DNA of 63,032 nucleotides, filler included, from 16 parts of 16 records of this genome joined end to end with filler, not necessarily neighbours in it; one strand, 5' to 3'; positions 1-13,191 are shown, counted from the whole stretch's first letter. Translations and numbers: made by a program. Notes: generated by a model not told the origin, from the letters alone.

Positions 1-681
1 ACTATCCCAACAATTAAGGTAGGGCAGAGAATAATATTAAAAACAGGTTGATGAGAAAGACAAAATGCAGGGGTGTATGGTGGTAGGGATGTGTGGTGGT
101 AGGGATGTGTGGTGTATAACGTGCAGCGGTTCCAGTGCCCAGCGCTGACCCTGGGTAGATCCCTACTCTTGTATCGCATCGAACACAGCACACAGAACTT
201 CAAGCGGAGCTAGGAGTAGATTTGACTCGATGAGAATGCCAACCGCAGGATATAGGGTGTATAGTGTATCAAGTGTAAAAGGTCCGGCTCATGCCGTGCC
301 ACCCCACCCCGCTAGTGCAGCTCGTGCATCTGTTCTAGGACTCATACATATATCAGAGAGATACTCACTCTCGAAGGCATACACGGTTCGAGAAGAACTC
401 CTACAGCACAAAAAAAAAGAAGAAAAAAAAAAGATCTCGTGACACTTTGTTGTTGACCACAAAAAAAAGAAAAGAGAATGAAGCAAAGATGGATTGGGTC
501 GAGGGTTAAGAGCCTGTGGTGGGGTGTAGCTCAGGGGAAGGAAAAACACATCGTCGCTGGAGAATGAGTTAAGCAAAGGAATATAGGACGGATGAGAGGG
601 AATAATATAGGGCGTAAGTTATTGCGAGGGTGGTGCACTAACTAAGGGTGGTCCTCGCGAGGGCTCGCTCCACTACTGTAC

Positions 682-2340
682 CTGAGCAGCGCCACTAGGC
701 TTGACAATGAAAGTTTGCTTGCTCGCCCAGGGGTTCGAGTCCGCCCCTGTGCCCGAACCAGGTCCAGACCCACCAGACCCAGATCCATCCTTGTCTTTCT
801 CCCTCTCCTTGTCCTTCTTTGAGGGAGCGAGTGCGGTGGTGTTGGCGGTGGGGTTGGCCAGGCGCTCCTTCAGCACGAGCATGTCGTCCGGGATCACGTA
901 CGTCTCGGGCCAGAACTTGAAGTGCTGAGGGTACAGCCGGCTCAGACGAGATATCATCCGTGCCAGCGGGACCTAAAGTCAGAAAAGAAACAGAAGGACA
1001 AACCAGGAAAAAAAGTGAGAGAAGGAAGAGGAGCTCAATTATGGAAGCAGGCAAGGAAGCAAGAAGGACAGGCATTCCGACGAGGATGAGAATCACGGCT
1101 TGGAGAGTCACAGGGAGATGTACATACAATCGCAGCAAGATCAAATGAATTGGATGCGTATCAGCTGGACCCTCATCCCATCATGGATAATGTCCGATAA
1201 CATAAATAGAATCATGCATCATGCAGGCAACACGGTACCCGGGCATGAAATGAAAGAAGGTGGTGGCTTTATGAGAATGGAGGTGAATATGGTGTGTGGG
1301 TGGATATGTGAATGTGGTTATTACAATGGTTCTGGTAATTTACGAGCTTATTATTTCTATGTGCTACTCCCTGTGGCCGAAGCGCACAGTTGACTTGGAC
1401 GGGCCAAACAGCGCATGTGACGTGTTAGAATATTGTTCTTCATCATTTCTTCTTGGAGAAATGATTCTACATGTGCCGGACGTCTCAAAACCAATCAAGA
1501 GAAGCGTTTTCTTTGAGGAATGAACTTTCTTTTTGTTGTAGTTTGATTCACACACGCATTCTTCCTCGTTATGGAAAACAATAATACTGATGAATACGAT
1601 ATATTTATTTATTCGGGGGAAGCTTACCTTCTTACAAGCCTCAGGCATGCCGGGGAACCTCGACAGGCGCATCCAGGGCTTGAGGGTGGCGAAGCGGCGC
1701 GCATACCCCTCGTTGCGGGAGTGCCAGTACACGTCACACGCACCCCGGGGGGAGTACACGAGGCTATATCTGTCATGCGCGAACATGAATACAGATGAGA
1801 AATCGAACATGAATAGAACACCAAACTGACAGGTCTCCCGGATGGAATTGTAACTTTGTGTGAATACACTTTTACAATTTACAATTTGGGTAATGCAGGG
1901 ACACATCGGGGCGAGTACGCTAAAACCAACACTCGACCCAGGAGTTCGATCCGATGAATATTAGTAATTGCTTTCTTTCTTTGTTCGATTTTTATCTTCT
2001 GCTATTTTTGATTTTGTTTTTCAACCTTCTAGGAAGCAACGAGGTAAATAAGTTTGCCACGCTGGCATGTGATATGCAGATTGCGCGTCAAGGTGCATTT
2101 GCGGGAAACAAGAAACAACGACGATGATGATGATGATGGTATTTGAACTGGATGTATTTTCCTCCCAGCCTACCGAAGCGAAGGAGCGACGAGGCGAAGC
2201 AGGTCCGATGCCACGCTGGCATGTGACATGCAGATGCGGGGCATGGCGGCGTCACCGGCATAGTCTGTATCGGGTGCCGCAGACTCGCCGTATTTGGCTG
2301 GGAGGTCAAGCGGCTGCCGCTCCGATTTGGCTTTGAACTT
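682..2340 (-). CDS. Tubulin-tyrosine ligase-like polyglutamylase (TTLL11-like), partial, multi-exon
   Basis: GT-AG exons ~2340-2174, 1769-1628 and 972-682 join to ...CDVYWH...LSRFPGMPEACKK|VPLARMISRLSRLYPQHFKFWPETYVIPDD...TFIVKPSGAAQ|, the TTL-domain N-terminal motifs. Start codon uncertain; downstream exons not located. Confidence 0.8.
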
Positions 2341-3027
2341 TGGCACTTCCCTACATATTCCGACAGACAGGGTCACCGCAAATCAAAACAGAGTTCGAGC
2401 TATTTTTAGCGGTATCGTTTTTTTGTTTTCAAAAAGGGTGTTAGGCAGGCGCGCAGTAAAATCCCTTTAGCCATGAGAGGAAGGTAGTAAAAAAGGAGCA
2501 TTCTCGATTGCTTCTTGAAATTGCGAGATATCAAGACTTGAACAGAGATTGTGCAACATGACCTCGGAAATACGTTACGCCATAAAACATGAGGAAAAGT
2601 GTATCGTTGCTCGGCTTGTTCAATAAGATGGAAACGATATGATGGAAAGATCAACCAGAGGCCTACAAAATATCCTACTGCATACCGTGTCACAAAACGT
2701 CATTTACACAACGGGGTAGAGAAGAAGAGACTAGATTAACAGGCCAAATAGATCAGTAACGTCTATAGTTGTTTACTGAAACCCTCTTCCCAGCTCGTGA
2801 AACCAGATCATAAATCAAAGGGACAGGGAAGGGGAAAAGTCTAAACTTGAGAGATAAGGACTTTTGTCGTCATCATAATGTTAGTTTCAATTCACATTGT
2901 TTTGGATTTATTTTTACAGCTAATTTACTACATGAACGATGGCTGACGAGGGCGAAGTCAGATGAACCACTGCTGGACGCTCGGATAGACTCGTATGTTC
3001 AGTTTTTCACAAAATCTATGTCCAATT

Positions 3028-4462
3028 CTACAATATTTTTGAAAAATTGTTTTTTTTAAAAAAAAAACTACACAAATAGGGGAGATAGTTGGGAAATATC
3101 TCTCGGAAGGGGGAGATGGGGCTGACGTACGGCTTTCGAGGTCGCGGGGTTTCGCCATCACCTGCGCCATTTGCATTCGAAAATAGGCTAGACCTGACAA
3201 TTCCACCAGCCTGCCATGGGGGTCTGGGTTTCTCATCCCCCCACATCCCAGGCCCCCCCTTGCGCCGATTTGAGCTCGCATTGCTACTGACTGTGGAGTT
3301 GCTGCTGGTTCTAGGCAACTCTTTCTTCGTCTCATGTTCGGGCACTTTCTCGAGCTTATCAATTTTCTCTAGTTTGTCAAATTTCTCGATTTTTTCGAGT
3401 TTCTCCTTCATTCCGGGGTACGGTGGAGGGATCCCAGCTGAGGGGGATGTCTCCAGCTGATCTAAAGCACTCTCACTCTGGGTTGAATGCAGGTTGACGT
3501 TAACATGCAATGGCAGGTTGGAGTTCTGATTGGATGCTATATGATTTGCAGATACTCGTTCAATGTAGCGCATTTGTGGGTCACTTTGCACCCTTCCTCG
3601 CCTGAAGTGATGAGGATGCATTGGAATCATGGAATTTGGGCTCGGATTCCCCACTAAGTTGCCGAGATGTGCTATATCTGTATCTTCAATGGTGACTGGG
3701 CGAATGAACCCTTGGCGCTCACGGCTTTGAGGTCTCTCGTCAGAATCATTCCTTCAAGGGATAGAGATGGAAAACATGTCAAGGTTTGACAGCGAGAATA
3801 ACGAAAGATTGGAAAATCAAATACCTTTCTAACATTCGTAGTTGAGGGCTTATTCGTGAGGTTAAGCTAGACATCGGTGGGGGCTGGGTGGGTAGACCCA
3901 TTGCTGAATTTTTTGTCAAGGGACCTGATGGTTGAAACGGTGGTGGGTGCACTTGAAAAGAAGATGGATAAATAAGAATTTTGGTTGGTGGAGGTTCGAT
4001 GGATTGGGAGGTGTGCTGACGAGAGACATGTCTCTGCAAACCGCCAATAGGGGGTGGTGCAGGGCCTGGCGTGGTGATGATGCCCCCGGAGTTCGATGGT
4101 GGAAAGATAAAAGAGGAGGGACAAGGAGATGGATTGGACAAAAGAGTGAAATTTCCATTTCGTCTTCCCTCAATGCTGAGAGGGATTGCAGAAGTTGTAC
4201 TGTCAAGGACAAGTGATGGTCTGTAAATCGAGTGTTAGACACCAAAAAGCAAAGGTTATAGCTCACGCTTTCGCACAAACTCAAAGACAGCATACCTATT
4301 TCGAGTAGGTTGTTTATTTTTTGCCTCGGCCATCAGTTTGTTCAATGCAGCCTTCTGATCACGAATGGCAACCGTCTTCATTGTTCCCGAAATGCCAAAA
4401 GATGGCGGTTCTGGGTTCCGGTCAGAATAGAGGGGCTTCCCTCTTTGAATTTGTGGCATCAT
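3028..4462 (-). CDS. Hypothetical Pro/Ser-rich low-complexity protein, multi-exon
   Basis: ATG at 4462, donor GTATG near 4295, and further open Pro/Ser-rich segments (3779-4141, 3028-3654). No recognisable domain; exon limits approximate. Confidence 0.45.
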
Positions 4463-4794
4463 TCTAGTAAGGAATGAGAGATTATGTGCACAACTCCATG
4501 GAAAATTTGCTGATTGGGACTCGAGAGGAAATGTGGGTCATTCAGAGGTCCTAAGCTGGTACAAGGTCCAAAGGCGGGCGAGGACAAGGTTAGGGCCAGT
4601 CCTGGTCAGGAGGATGTTCAAATTGTTTTTTCTTGTGGCGCCACTAACCGCTTGATACCCCCCCTTATCGAAAACACAGAGTTTCAACTTCTCTAAACAG
4701 TCAGAATTCATTCAGCCTAGAGTGCTGGTTTTTCGTTGAGAAAGTTTCTTCTTATTTATTTTCCGATAGAAGTCTTATTTCTCCGTAAACCGCA

Positions 4795-6527
4795 ATGTCG
4801 AATACTACTCTTGCGACCGTTTCTAACGACCCCAGCACCTATGACGACAACGGTGGTCTTAGCAGCCAGAACGTCTGCCTTTTGGTATGATTACTCACAT
4901 ATACATGACCTCTTGAAGCATATTATTGAAGCTATTGATTTTACGAACGATTTTTGAGAGCCGATTTTCGAATCTGAATTGCCCATTTCGATTGCATACT
5001 CTTTAGGTGATCGGTATCCTCTTGACCGGTCTTGGTTTCTACTACCTTGCTGTTGTTCACCGATTCCGTGAGCAAAAGAAGGGTGGCTCTGCCAGCAGGT
5101 ATTAACTTTTAAAATAATTCAGTGACAAATAGACATCTGATCATTTTTCAACTCCAGCTCGACCAGCCAAACACTTAAGTTGGTCAACCTTGCTCTCTTC
5201 ATTTTGGGTTTGGCTCTTTGTGGTGTTGGTGCCAAATCCGGTGATGTCGGTGATGGTGAGGCCGAGATTGGCTGGGTCCTCCTTGTCGTTGGCCTCGTCA
5301 TTATCTGTGTGTCTTGTGTCGGTCTTTATGGCGCCCATTTCGATAATGCCGCCTTCCTCTTTGTGGTATGTAGTATATTTTTTTCCCTCGTTTTATTCAG
5401 ATTGGGAGGACTGACTTGTTCTTTCTCTTTTTCCATCCAGTACTTCGGTTTCAGTCTTCTTTCCAGTGGATTTGTCGCTTTCACTGGTGCTTGGGTTATC
5501 ATGAACAGAGGTCAGTTTGTCTTCCTGTTTCCTCTTCTTCTTGATCTTTCTCCCCCTAGTTTTACGAGTCAGAAGTTCTGATTTCTCATCCCAACCGAAT
5601 TTGACTACACAGATGATGTGGAACGCCGTATTCGCGAAAAGTGCGATGAAGAGAATGCGAAATCTGAGACTGGTTGTGAAGACTATTTCTCTGGCAAGTC
5701 TGGCGAGGAAGTTATTGACCTCCTGAACGAGAATGCCGTTCTTCTCGCTGTCATCGCCCTCGTCACTTTCCTTCTGCTTGTATGATCTATTCTTTCAACT
5801 TGTATCCATTACTAATAAGGTATTTCTTTCTTTCTAGCTCACCGCTTTGTTCACCTCTGGCAAGTTGCTTGGGTTCCGTGCCATCATCAACTGGTCCCTT
5901 CGCGCTCTCAACTCCGCTGTCATTGTCTTCGGAGTGGGTTGCTTCATTGGTGGTATCTATGTTGCCAGCAAGCTCAACACTTATGAATGGGTTGCCTACT
6001 TGGTCGCCCTGCTGTGCATCGTTGGTAGCTTCATCGCTTTGGGTGGTGTGGTTGCCCTCCTTAAGGAGAGCCGCCGTCTCCTCCAGATCGTACGTCCAAT
6101 TCCCCAATCAACACTTCTACAATTTTCTCGACCTCAAATAATGCCGTGACCATTTCCTTTCTTCCCGCACAAGGTCCTAGCCTGTATTTTCCTTATGTTT
6201 TCGGAGAGAGTATAAGGAGAATATAGACTTGGACCATATGCAGAAGGAAAGGGCCAATAGTATCGAGGTTATGCGTGAAGCTCAACGTTTTTTTTTTTTA
6301 TATCGTTTTGTCAACAGTACTTCGGCTTCATGATGCTGTGGTCCTGCCTGCTGTTGTCCTTCGGTGTGGTGTCATTCGCCTACCAAGACTACGTCTCTGG
6401 CTGGCTCAGCGACCACAAGGAGGACTATGACACCCTTGCCGAGATGTCCGATGAGGATGCCGAGACCTACTTGAAGGCCCGCCTCCGTGTTGCTGGTCTC
6501 ATCGGCTGCACCCTCTGCGTCTACTGC
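4795..6527 (+). CDS. Multi-pass membrane protein with two tandem tetraspanin-like modules, 3' partial
   Basis: Seven GT-AG exons join in frame from ATG 4795. One N-terminal TM is followed by LKLVNLALFILG...VSCVGLYGA...FLFVYF... and a second module LRALNSAVIVFG...IALGGVVA...LLQIYF..., each with the tetraspanin TM1-3/loop/TM4 pattern. Confidence 0.7.
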
Positions 6528-6821
6528 GTAAGTAGCCTAATATTCAGATTCTATTTGTTTATTCATGCTCCTCTCCACGCATTGTACTATCTTTGTGAGA
6601 TCGAAGAGTGCATTCATGTTGTTCTGGATTTGTGACCCATTTGTGGCTTTACTATACAATGATTTTGGTAATTTGTGACCTTCTCTATTCATATAAGAAA
6701 GTTACGGTCGTTCACTTCTCCAGCCTCTGTCTCAGCCCTCAAGGCATCCTCACCCTCCTAGACTCTTGCCTAAACATATTCTGCCTCATATCCCCCCCCC
6801 CCATTTCTGCAACCGTACCTC

Positions 6822-6921
6822 NNNNNNNNNNNNNNNNNNNNNNNNNNNNNNNNNNNNNNNNNNNNTTAATTAATTAANNNNNNNNNNNNNNNNNNNNNNN
6901 NNNNNNNNNNNNNNNNNNNNN
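6822..6921. other. Artificial contig-joining linker (N44-TTAATTAATTAA-N44), first of 15
   Basis: Identical 100-nt spacer with stops in all six frames. It also occurs at 10983-11082, 13638-13737, 16342-16441, 18551-18650, 21955-22054, 25030-25129, 35367-35466, 39704-39803, 43347-43446, 47281-47380, 49603-49702, 55250-55349, 57584-57683 and 59696-59795. Confidence 0.98.
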
Positions 6922-7046
6922 TTTTCTTTTTCTTTTTCTTATTCTTATTCTGCCCACGACGAGCACTCTCGGTCCTTTCGCTCCACCCTAATCCTTGATA
7001 GAATTAACTCCTATATTTACTTAGAGCTTATTTTATTCCTGTACTC

Positions 7047-7421
7047 ATGCTCCAAGCGTCTGCTCTCTTTGCTTTACAGACACTGATTATCATCAAGTTC
7101 AGCCTGGAGGACTTCTCTCAATACAACCCACCCGAGGGTGCACCGGAGCCCATCCCGTCCGCGAGCGAGGTGTACTGGTCATGGTTCTTCTTTGTGTTCC
7201 TGTTCAACCTCGGAGTTGTTCTTTTGTTCTACTATTCAGACTTCAGGCAGAAGACCGGTGTCACGACAACGGGCAAGTGGTGGCGGAAGCGCTTGCTGAC
7301 GTATGCCATCGAAGCCCTGTTACTTCTCTCTATCATGCCCATTCTCCACCTTGGCATTCGAGACGCAATGAGCACATTCCATGATGATATTCACACAATC
7401 ATCTCTCTAGTGCGGTCGTGA
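7047..7421 (+). CDS. Hypothetical membrane protein (possibly the last exon of a longer gene)
   Basis: 124-aa ORF with about three hydrophobic segments near the contig start; family not recognised. Confidence 0.4.
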   Translation: MLQASALFALQTLIIIKFSLEDFSQYNPPEGAPEPIPSASEVYWSWFFFVFLFNLGVVLLFYYSDFRQKTGVTTTGKWWRKRLLTYAIEALLLLSIMPILHLGIRDAMSTFHDDIHTIISLVRS

Positions 7422-7695
7422 CAATCCGGCTAACAGTTTAGTAATCTCAACCGAATGGGAGGAAGTCCCGAATATACATACCGAACAGTGTAGTCCATCT
7501 TGGGGATTTTGAACATTTATCCTATTCCTATCTACTATAAACACTCATCCTGAGCTTCCCAACCGGACGTAACCGGAAATATTATCAAAACCATAATCGA
7601 TAACCCGAAAACGTTCTTGTTTGCCATCAGCTTTGTGATATCATGGAAGTTCTAACACGCTCAATTAAGAAATGTTAGTATGTTACGTTGTTACA

Positions 7696-7830
7696 CACTG
7701 GGGAAAAGGGACAAGGGGTGCCGTTCCACCCAGTACATAGTAGGTTCCATCCAGTCATCCAGTCCCCTCCAAAATATTCCACTTTTATAGGTCCCAAATT
7801 AGCGATGGAACGGCACCCTTTTCTCCAGTG
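7696..7830. mobile_element. CACTG-terminated MITE (CACTA/EnSpm-like, non-autonomous)
   Basis: Ends CACTGGGGAAAAGGG..GGTGCCGTTCCA and TGGAACGGCACCCTTTTCTCCAGTG are imperfect inverted repeats, flanked by a 3-bp direct repeat ACA (7693-7695 and 7831-7833). Confidence 0.7.
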
Positions 7831-8945
7831 ACATCAGTTACTACCCACATTCTGCAACACATTTCCTGGAAGATACATCAACTGGATCGTCGTTCATCAC
7901 CATGATCATTACCACACTCAGCGCGAACTACACCGAAGTGCCATCCTACATTTAAGACACAAGGGTAGGTGCTGGCCAACTGTTGACCAACCCCCTATCA
8001 CTGTAGTAGGAGATAAATAAATCAATAACACATAACAATAAAAGCTGTCCAGATCTTGTTATAGAGACATGTTTGGACATGTTGGGGATATTGTGACTTG
8101 TGCCATTGTGCTGACCCGCAGTTTGCAGAAATAGGCAACTCGCGAAGAGTCCTGGCAATTGCCCAGCAGAGACAGAGACGGCTGTGGATATGATGGATAG
8201 AGATATATGGACAACAAGAATGACCAACCTCCTCGGCACACGATGATGGTCGATGCTGACCAATAAGGTTTTAAAATTGGGATGGTCGAGAAATTCTCAA
8301 GAAATTTGCATTGTTAATTCGAGAGAAATCAGGGTGGATAGGTAAAACAAGTGGAGTAGTATATCGGAGATGAATCGATGTTGTTCGCCCTGCCTGATGT
8401 GATGGAGAGGAGAAGTTATTAATGTGCGGTAGAATAGAGTATGGAGCGATGGATCAAGGAGGTTCATCCATTTGTGAAGTTTCTCGATGTATGAGAAACT
8501 CTGGGAAGGATCAGATGAATGTTTGTGAGTTTGTTACCATCCGGCAAGAGCGATCAGCGATCAGCTCTCATTTCAGAAATAGGGAGATTGAAATCTTGGT
8601 CATTGGTCATCAATATTTCATTAATCCAGGAACAATTTGTTCATTTCGGCGGCAATTTGAGCCGAAGAGCTCCTGAAATGATCGTCAGGACAAACTTTCC
8701 GTGGATTTCATCCAGATGAAAGGATACTATTGTCGAGAAAAAGTTAGCGCAGGGAGATAAATATAGAATGGAAGCTTTGAATCAAAATGAAAAGGAGAAA
8801 AACAAAGAACAAACACCGGATATGCATCTGAACTTTGAAATTTCAAAAAATTATCCACTGAGGGGGTGAAAATTGATGAATCTCTTGTAGAGTAAAAAGA
8901 AGTATAGGGGGCATACAACTGTATACAATTGATTACTAACCGCAG

Positions 8946-10420
8946 CAGCAGCAACTGCCTCTCTTGCATCGAAAGTGATGCTTTCTATCGATGCAAGGAA
9001 GCAACTCGCTTCCCAAATATCACAATTTAATGACACTCGTATGCTTCGAGAGTTACTTGAATCCCTCGGTATATCTCAATTATTCTCAAGAAGATTGTCA
9101 TTCACAGTCTGACCTGTCACAGATATCCATCCGACTGAAGCTCAACTTTCCCAGTTGCAAAGCAGTCTTCAAAAACTTCCCAACCCAAGGTAATTGCCAC
9201 TATTCCAGTCCAACCCAGATTAACCCTCTGCACCTCAGCGACGAGAATGCATTCACTCATTGGGAGAATAGTCTGAGAGAGTGGCTCAAGGCCCTTCCCG
9301 GTCACTCTGGTATGTCTAATGTTTCACAATCGTTATTGTTGAGTATGTTCTCATCCAATGAACCTAGATGACTTCACGAGCTCACAAGAATCCGAAGAAT
9401 TATCAGGCTATCAGGTCTGGCATCGTTTCCTCTCAGGAATTTCGCTCATCATAACTATAATCATATTTTTATATATTGCGTTTTTCTGGATTGGATACTG
9501 AACCCTGTCTTCTCCTTTCAGAATTCCGGGAACGAAACATCAGACCTGCAAAGATCTTGGTAAGTTCGTTCGTTCGAATCGTTTTTGCTTTTTTCATCTT
9601 GCTTGATCCAATTACTTATACTGATTTTCTTGTGTATAGGAAAAAGCCCCCATTGCCACGATCGAAATCTCGAGCCTCATCATCTGGGAGCGAGAATGAT
9701 AGTGAAGGGGAAGATCGAAAGCGGAGCAGGTCAGCCTCGCGTCACAGCTCGAAGTTGTCCAAATCACTTATTTCTTCTCTTTATTAATATTATTACTATC
9801 ACTTCTTGTAGAGATATGGAAGTCCTGAAAGAGGAGGTCGAATCGAAAACAAATGTGAGTCTCTGTGCTGGATGTGAACAGCCGGATTACTAATGATGAG
9901 ATTTCTTCTTGCGGAACAGGAAATTCACTATTTGAAGTCGAAGAATGAATACTTATTACTTCAGGTATGATCATTCCTTATGCATTTTGCTTCTCTGATC
10001 CCTTTGTGCTGTCGTGTAGCTTCGGGAGTTGAGCGGAGAGCTGGACATTTCGGAAAGCGTACAGTCCGTACGTCACTCTCTCCTGCTTCAATGTCATATA
10101 ATTTCATTGAAATATGATCTCTCGAATTATTGACCTATCATCGATGTCTCATTCTCGATAACATTGGACTATGTCTGTGAAGCAGGAACTTGACCGGCAG
10201 CAGCAGCAGCACGAGCAGGAGCGCATGGCACTCAAGTCTGCAAAGAGGGAGATCGCACGCTTACACGAACTGGTAAATACATAGCAGAAAGTCTCTCTTC
10301 ATTTATTTCAGACTGAATTGATTCAATGAATACAAAGAAGTGAAGTTCTTAGGAAGAGGCCGGCGATGTTCGCGTCGACGGCTGGGTGTGCTTGAGGATC
10401 AGGCAGGGATTCATGTAATT
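8946..10420 (+). CDS. Hypothetical coiled-coil protein, multi-exon
   Basis: Short GT-AG-bounded exons encode RKKPPLPRSKSRASSSGSE..., DMEVLKEEVESK, EQEIHYLKSKNEYLLLQ and QELDRQQQQHEQERMALKSAKREIARLHEL. Termini uncertain. Confidence 0.45.
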
Positions 10421-11396
10421 CGACTATTTCAACCCCCTCCAATCTCGAGACACACATCACGTGAAGAACTGAAGATATGATTGAGCATTGGGCATGGATG
10501 AAACATCTCCAATATTCAGCTCCATCCACGCTTGATGAGCCAAAAAATGCAATATGAAAAAAAAAAAATACCTCAAAATACGATCCAACACTACATCGGA
10601 CGTCTGAGGTGTGGTGTTCGCACTGGGTTGATGAGTCACATGCCGGGTCGATATATAATTGAGAAGACTGAGCTTAGCTTCCTTGACACACGATATTATA
10701 TTAGATTCCATCCCTCGAAAATAAAAAATATCTAATGGAATCATGATGTATCCTTCATGAAATTACATTTCTATATCGCAAGGTGTATTATGTTTTTTCC
10801 TTGCGAGGTCGATTACTGGCTCCACCTTTTTTAGATGTAGATTTTTATAGTTATTTATCTTTATTGTGTTTTCGGTATGGATTCGGGTGATACATCCGTC
10901 CATGCACAACGATGGCACTCTGAGGCTGGCTGTGTGCTCATGGGCTGATGTCCACTTCCATTCTCACAAAGCCACCTTTTTTNNNNNNNNNNNNNNNNNN
11001 NNNNNNNNNNNNNNNNNNNNNNNNNNTTAATTAATTAANNNNNNNNNNNNNNNNNNNNNNNNNNNNNNNNNNNNNNNNNNNNGGGGGGGGGGGGGGGGGG
11101 GGGGAAATGAAACAAGTCCGATCAAAAGATTATCTGAGGGGTCAAAATGAGTTGTTTTGACCTCTTAACCCCCCATTTATTAGATGTTTTTTTTTTAAAA
11201 AAAAAAAAAATGAATATGGAGGACACCAGCCAAAATAAATAAATAAAACTCTCTCCTCTTTCCATAAAACTATTGGCAGATGTGTTGACCTCTCTTTGTT
11301 TTTATGTTTTTACGGGGGTTCATTCCGGTTTGGCTTTTGTCTCAAAATTGCAGTTTTTCACATCCAATTTTTTTTTTTTCGATGATCTCTTTCCAG

Positions 11397-13191
11397 CTTC
11401 TGGATAATCCTGCGGTTCTTTTCGTGGACGAGCCCACGAGCGGGCTCGACTCCACCACAGCACAGGAGGTGTGCGAGATCCTCGCCAACCTGTCTCGCGG
11501 CGGCCGCATTGTCATTTGCACTATCCATCAGCCCTCCTACGAGTGCTTCTCGCTCTTCCAGTCCCTCCTGTTGCTGGGCCGAGGCAAGGTATGCCTGCTG
11601 CAACAGGAGAAATTATGGAGATAATATATGGTTTTAGCTCGGAGCTTTCATCCTGGGGTTCAGAGAAGAACATTGTCATTGTCATCTCCACTATCCATTC
11701 TAATAGCATGATTTTAGTTCGGAGCTTTTTTCATTATGAAGAACGGACATCGTCGGCACACTATCCATCAGCGTGCGTATGAGTACTTCTAGCTGTAGCT
11801 GTTGCAGTCGCTGCTCTTCATGGGGCGAGGAAAGCCATGCTTCAACAGGAAAATCCCGAATGTATCTCACAAGTATCGTCATCAATGAGCAACAAAACTG
11901 GTCAGGTTTTACGGTCTCTAATGTATCCTTTGTCTCTCTGTAGGTTGTTTATTTAGGACCAGTTTCTGAGAGCTTGAACTACTTCGAGGAGATCGGGTAC
12001 CCGTGCCCCAAGTACAGCAACCCCTGTGACCATTTCCTGCGCCTTGTCAACGAGGATGTTGAGAGTAAGCTTCCTTCTCCCTCCGAATCGGCAGTAGCTA
12101 GTAGCTGCAAATATTTTATTTCCCTTAAGTCGTCATTTGTACGAAGAACGAGTCTTGGAGTTTTTGGGTGTTCAATTGAATGTCATTGAAGATAGTGAGC
12201 TTCCGCTCCCTTCTCGAACATAGAAAGTGGCAGAAGTTGACTGAGTCATCTAAAACAAAGATCAGGCTCGCCATCCAGAGAGAGAGCTTTGTTGTTGGAT
12301 AGATATCTCTGCATTTCCTCTCACACATGAGTTGTTCTCTGTCAGACCCCAAGGGCAGCCGCCTCCCAGCACTGTGGCAGGAGAGCAAACAGGGCGTTGT
12401 GCCCCAACATCGCACTTCTCGGTACGCCATCACTGAAAAAGTGGTATAAATTGACTGACAATTCCTCAGAAATCTTACAGTCAGCTTAACGTACTATTCA
12501 CCTTGATCGTCCCCGCTCCATTCACCTTGATACATATTGGTACTCCCTCTGACATATCCATCTGTTCGGTATATCTGGTCCTGGGACCTTCTTTGTCCTG
12601 GATTGTCTGGAAACGTATCATAATTTAGTCATCCATCTCTTGAGTCCTTGTCTTTCCATACGAATAGAGGAAAGGCCTCCCAACTCTTCGCTTTATGTCC
12701 ATCCTTTGACCTCTCTGATGAGATGAGAATCTCCGTCATGTCAGCGGCGGAAAGAATCCTGATCCTCTCCTTCCATCCTGTCTGAGTGTCGATTTATTGA
12801 TTCTCGTGATCCCTCAGAAGACCATGAATATAGACAGTGTGCATATCTCTGGCCAAGGGGGCTGCGATTATCTGTGATCCACCAACTGTTCCCTAGTCGA
12901 AAACCTTCTTTCAAACACGAAAGAAGAGCTGACACCCCCAGGGGAGGGCAAAATACTCTCTCAATAGCATTTCTCATCCCTCTCGCAATTTTTTTTTCTC
13001 TATCTCTCTCTCTCTCACTTTCCATCCCTCGCTTTGATTCACTATATCTATCCCCCCCTCTCTCCTCTCTCCAGGCAAAACTCTCATGCTCTGAACCAGG
13101 AGGCACATGCCGAGGTGGACTATGCCACCACGTTCTTGTACCAGGTCTATGTGCTGATGCAGCGTGCAGCTCTCACAACCCTCAAGGACAA
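11397..13191 (+). CDS. ABC transporter subfamily G (White/ABCG), internal fragment
   Basis: Exons 11397-11588, 11944-12064, 12346-12421 and 13075-13191 encode Walker B/D-loop [14 protein letters not shown]-loop [28 protein letters not shown] and [15 protein letters not shown]. Confidence 0.92.
11671..11854 (+). repeat. Decayed intronic copies of the preceding ABCG exon 3' end
   Basis: 11745-11854 translates as ...[23 protein letters not shown], against exon [24 protein letters not shown] shorter echo lies at 11671-11700. Confidence 0.75.

Noticed and set aside
731-745. GGTTCGAGTCC B-box suggesting a tRNA
   Set aside because: Lies antisense within a TTLL exon, with no cloverleaf.
6822-6921. 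Recurring TTAATTAATTAA in N runs as a biological repeat or array
   Set aside because: Identical artificial six-frame-stop linker. ORFs ending in X...LIN are artefacts, and gene order across linkers is meaningless.
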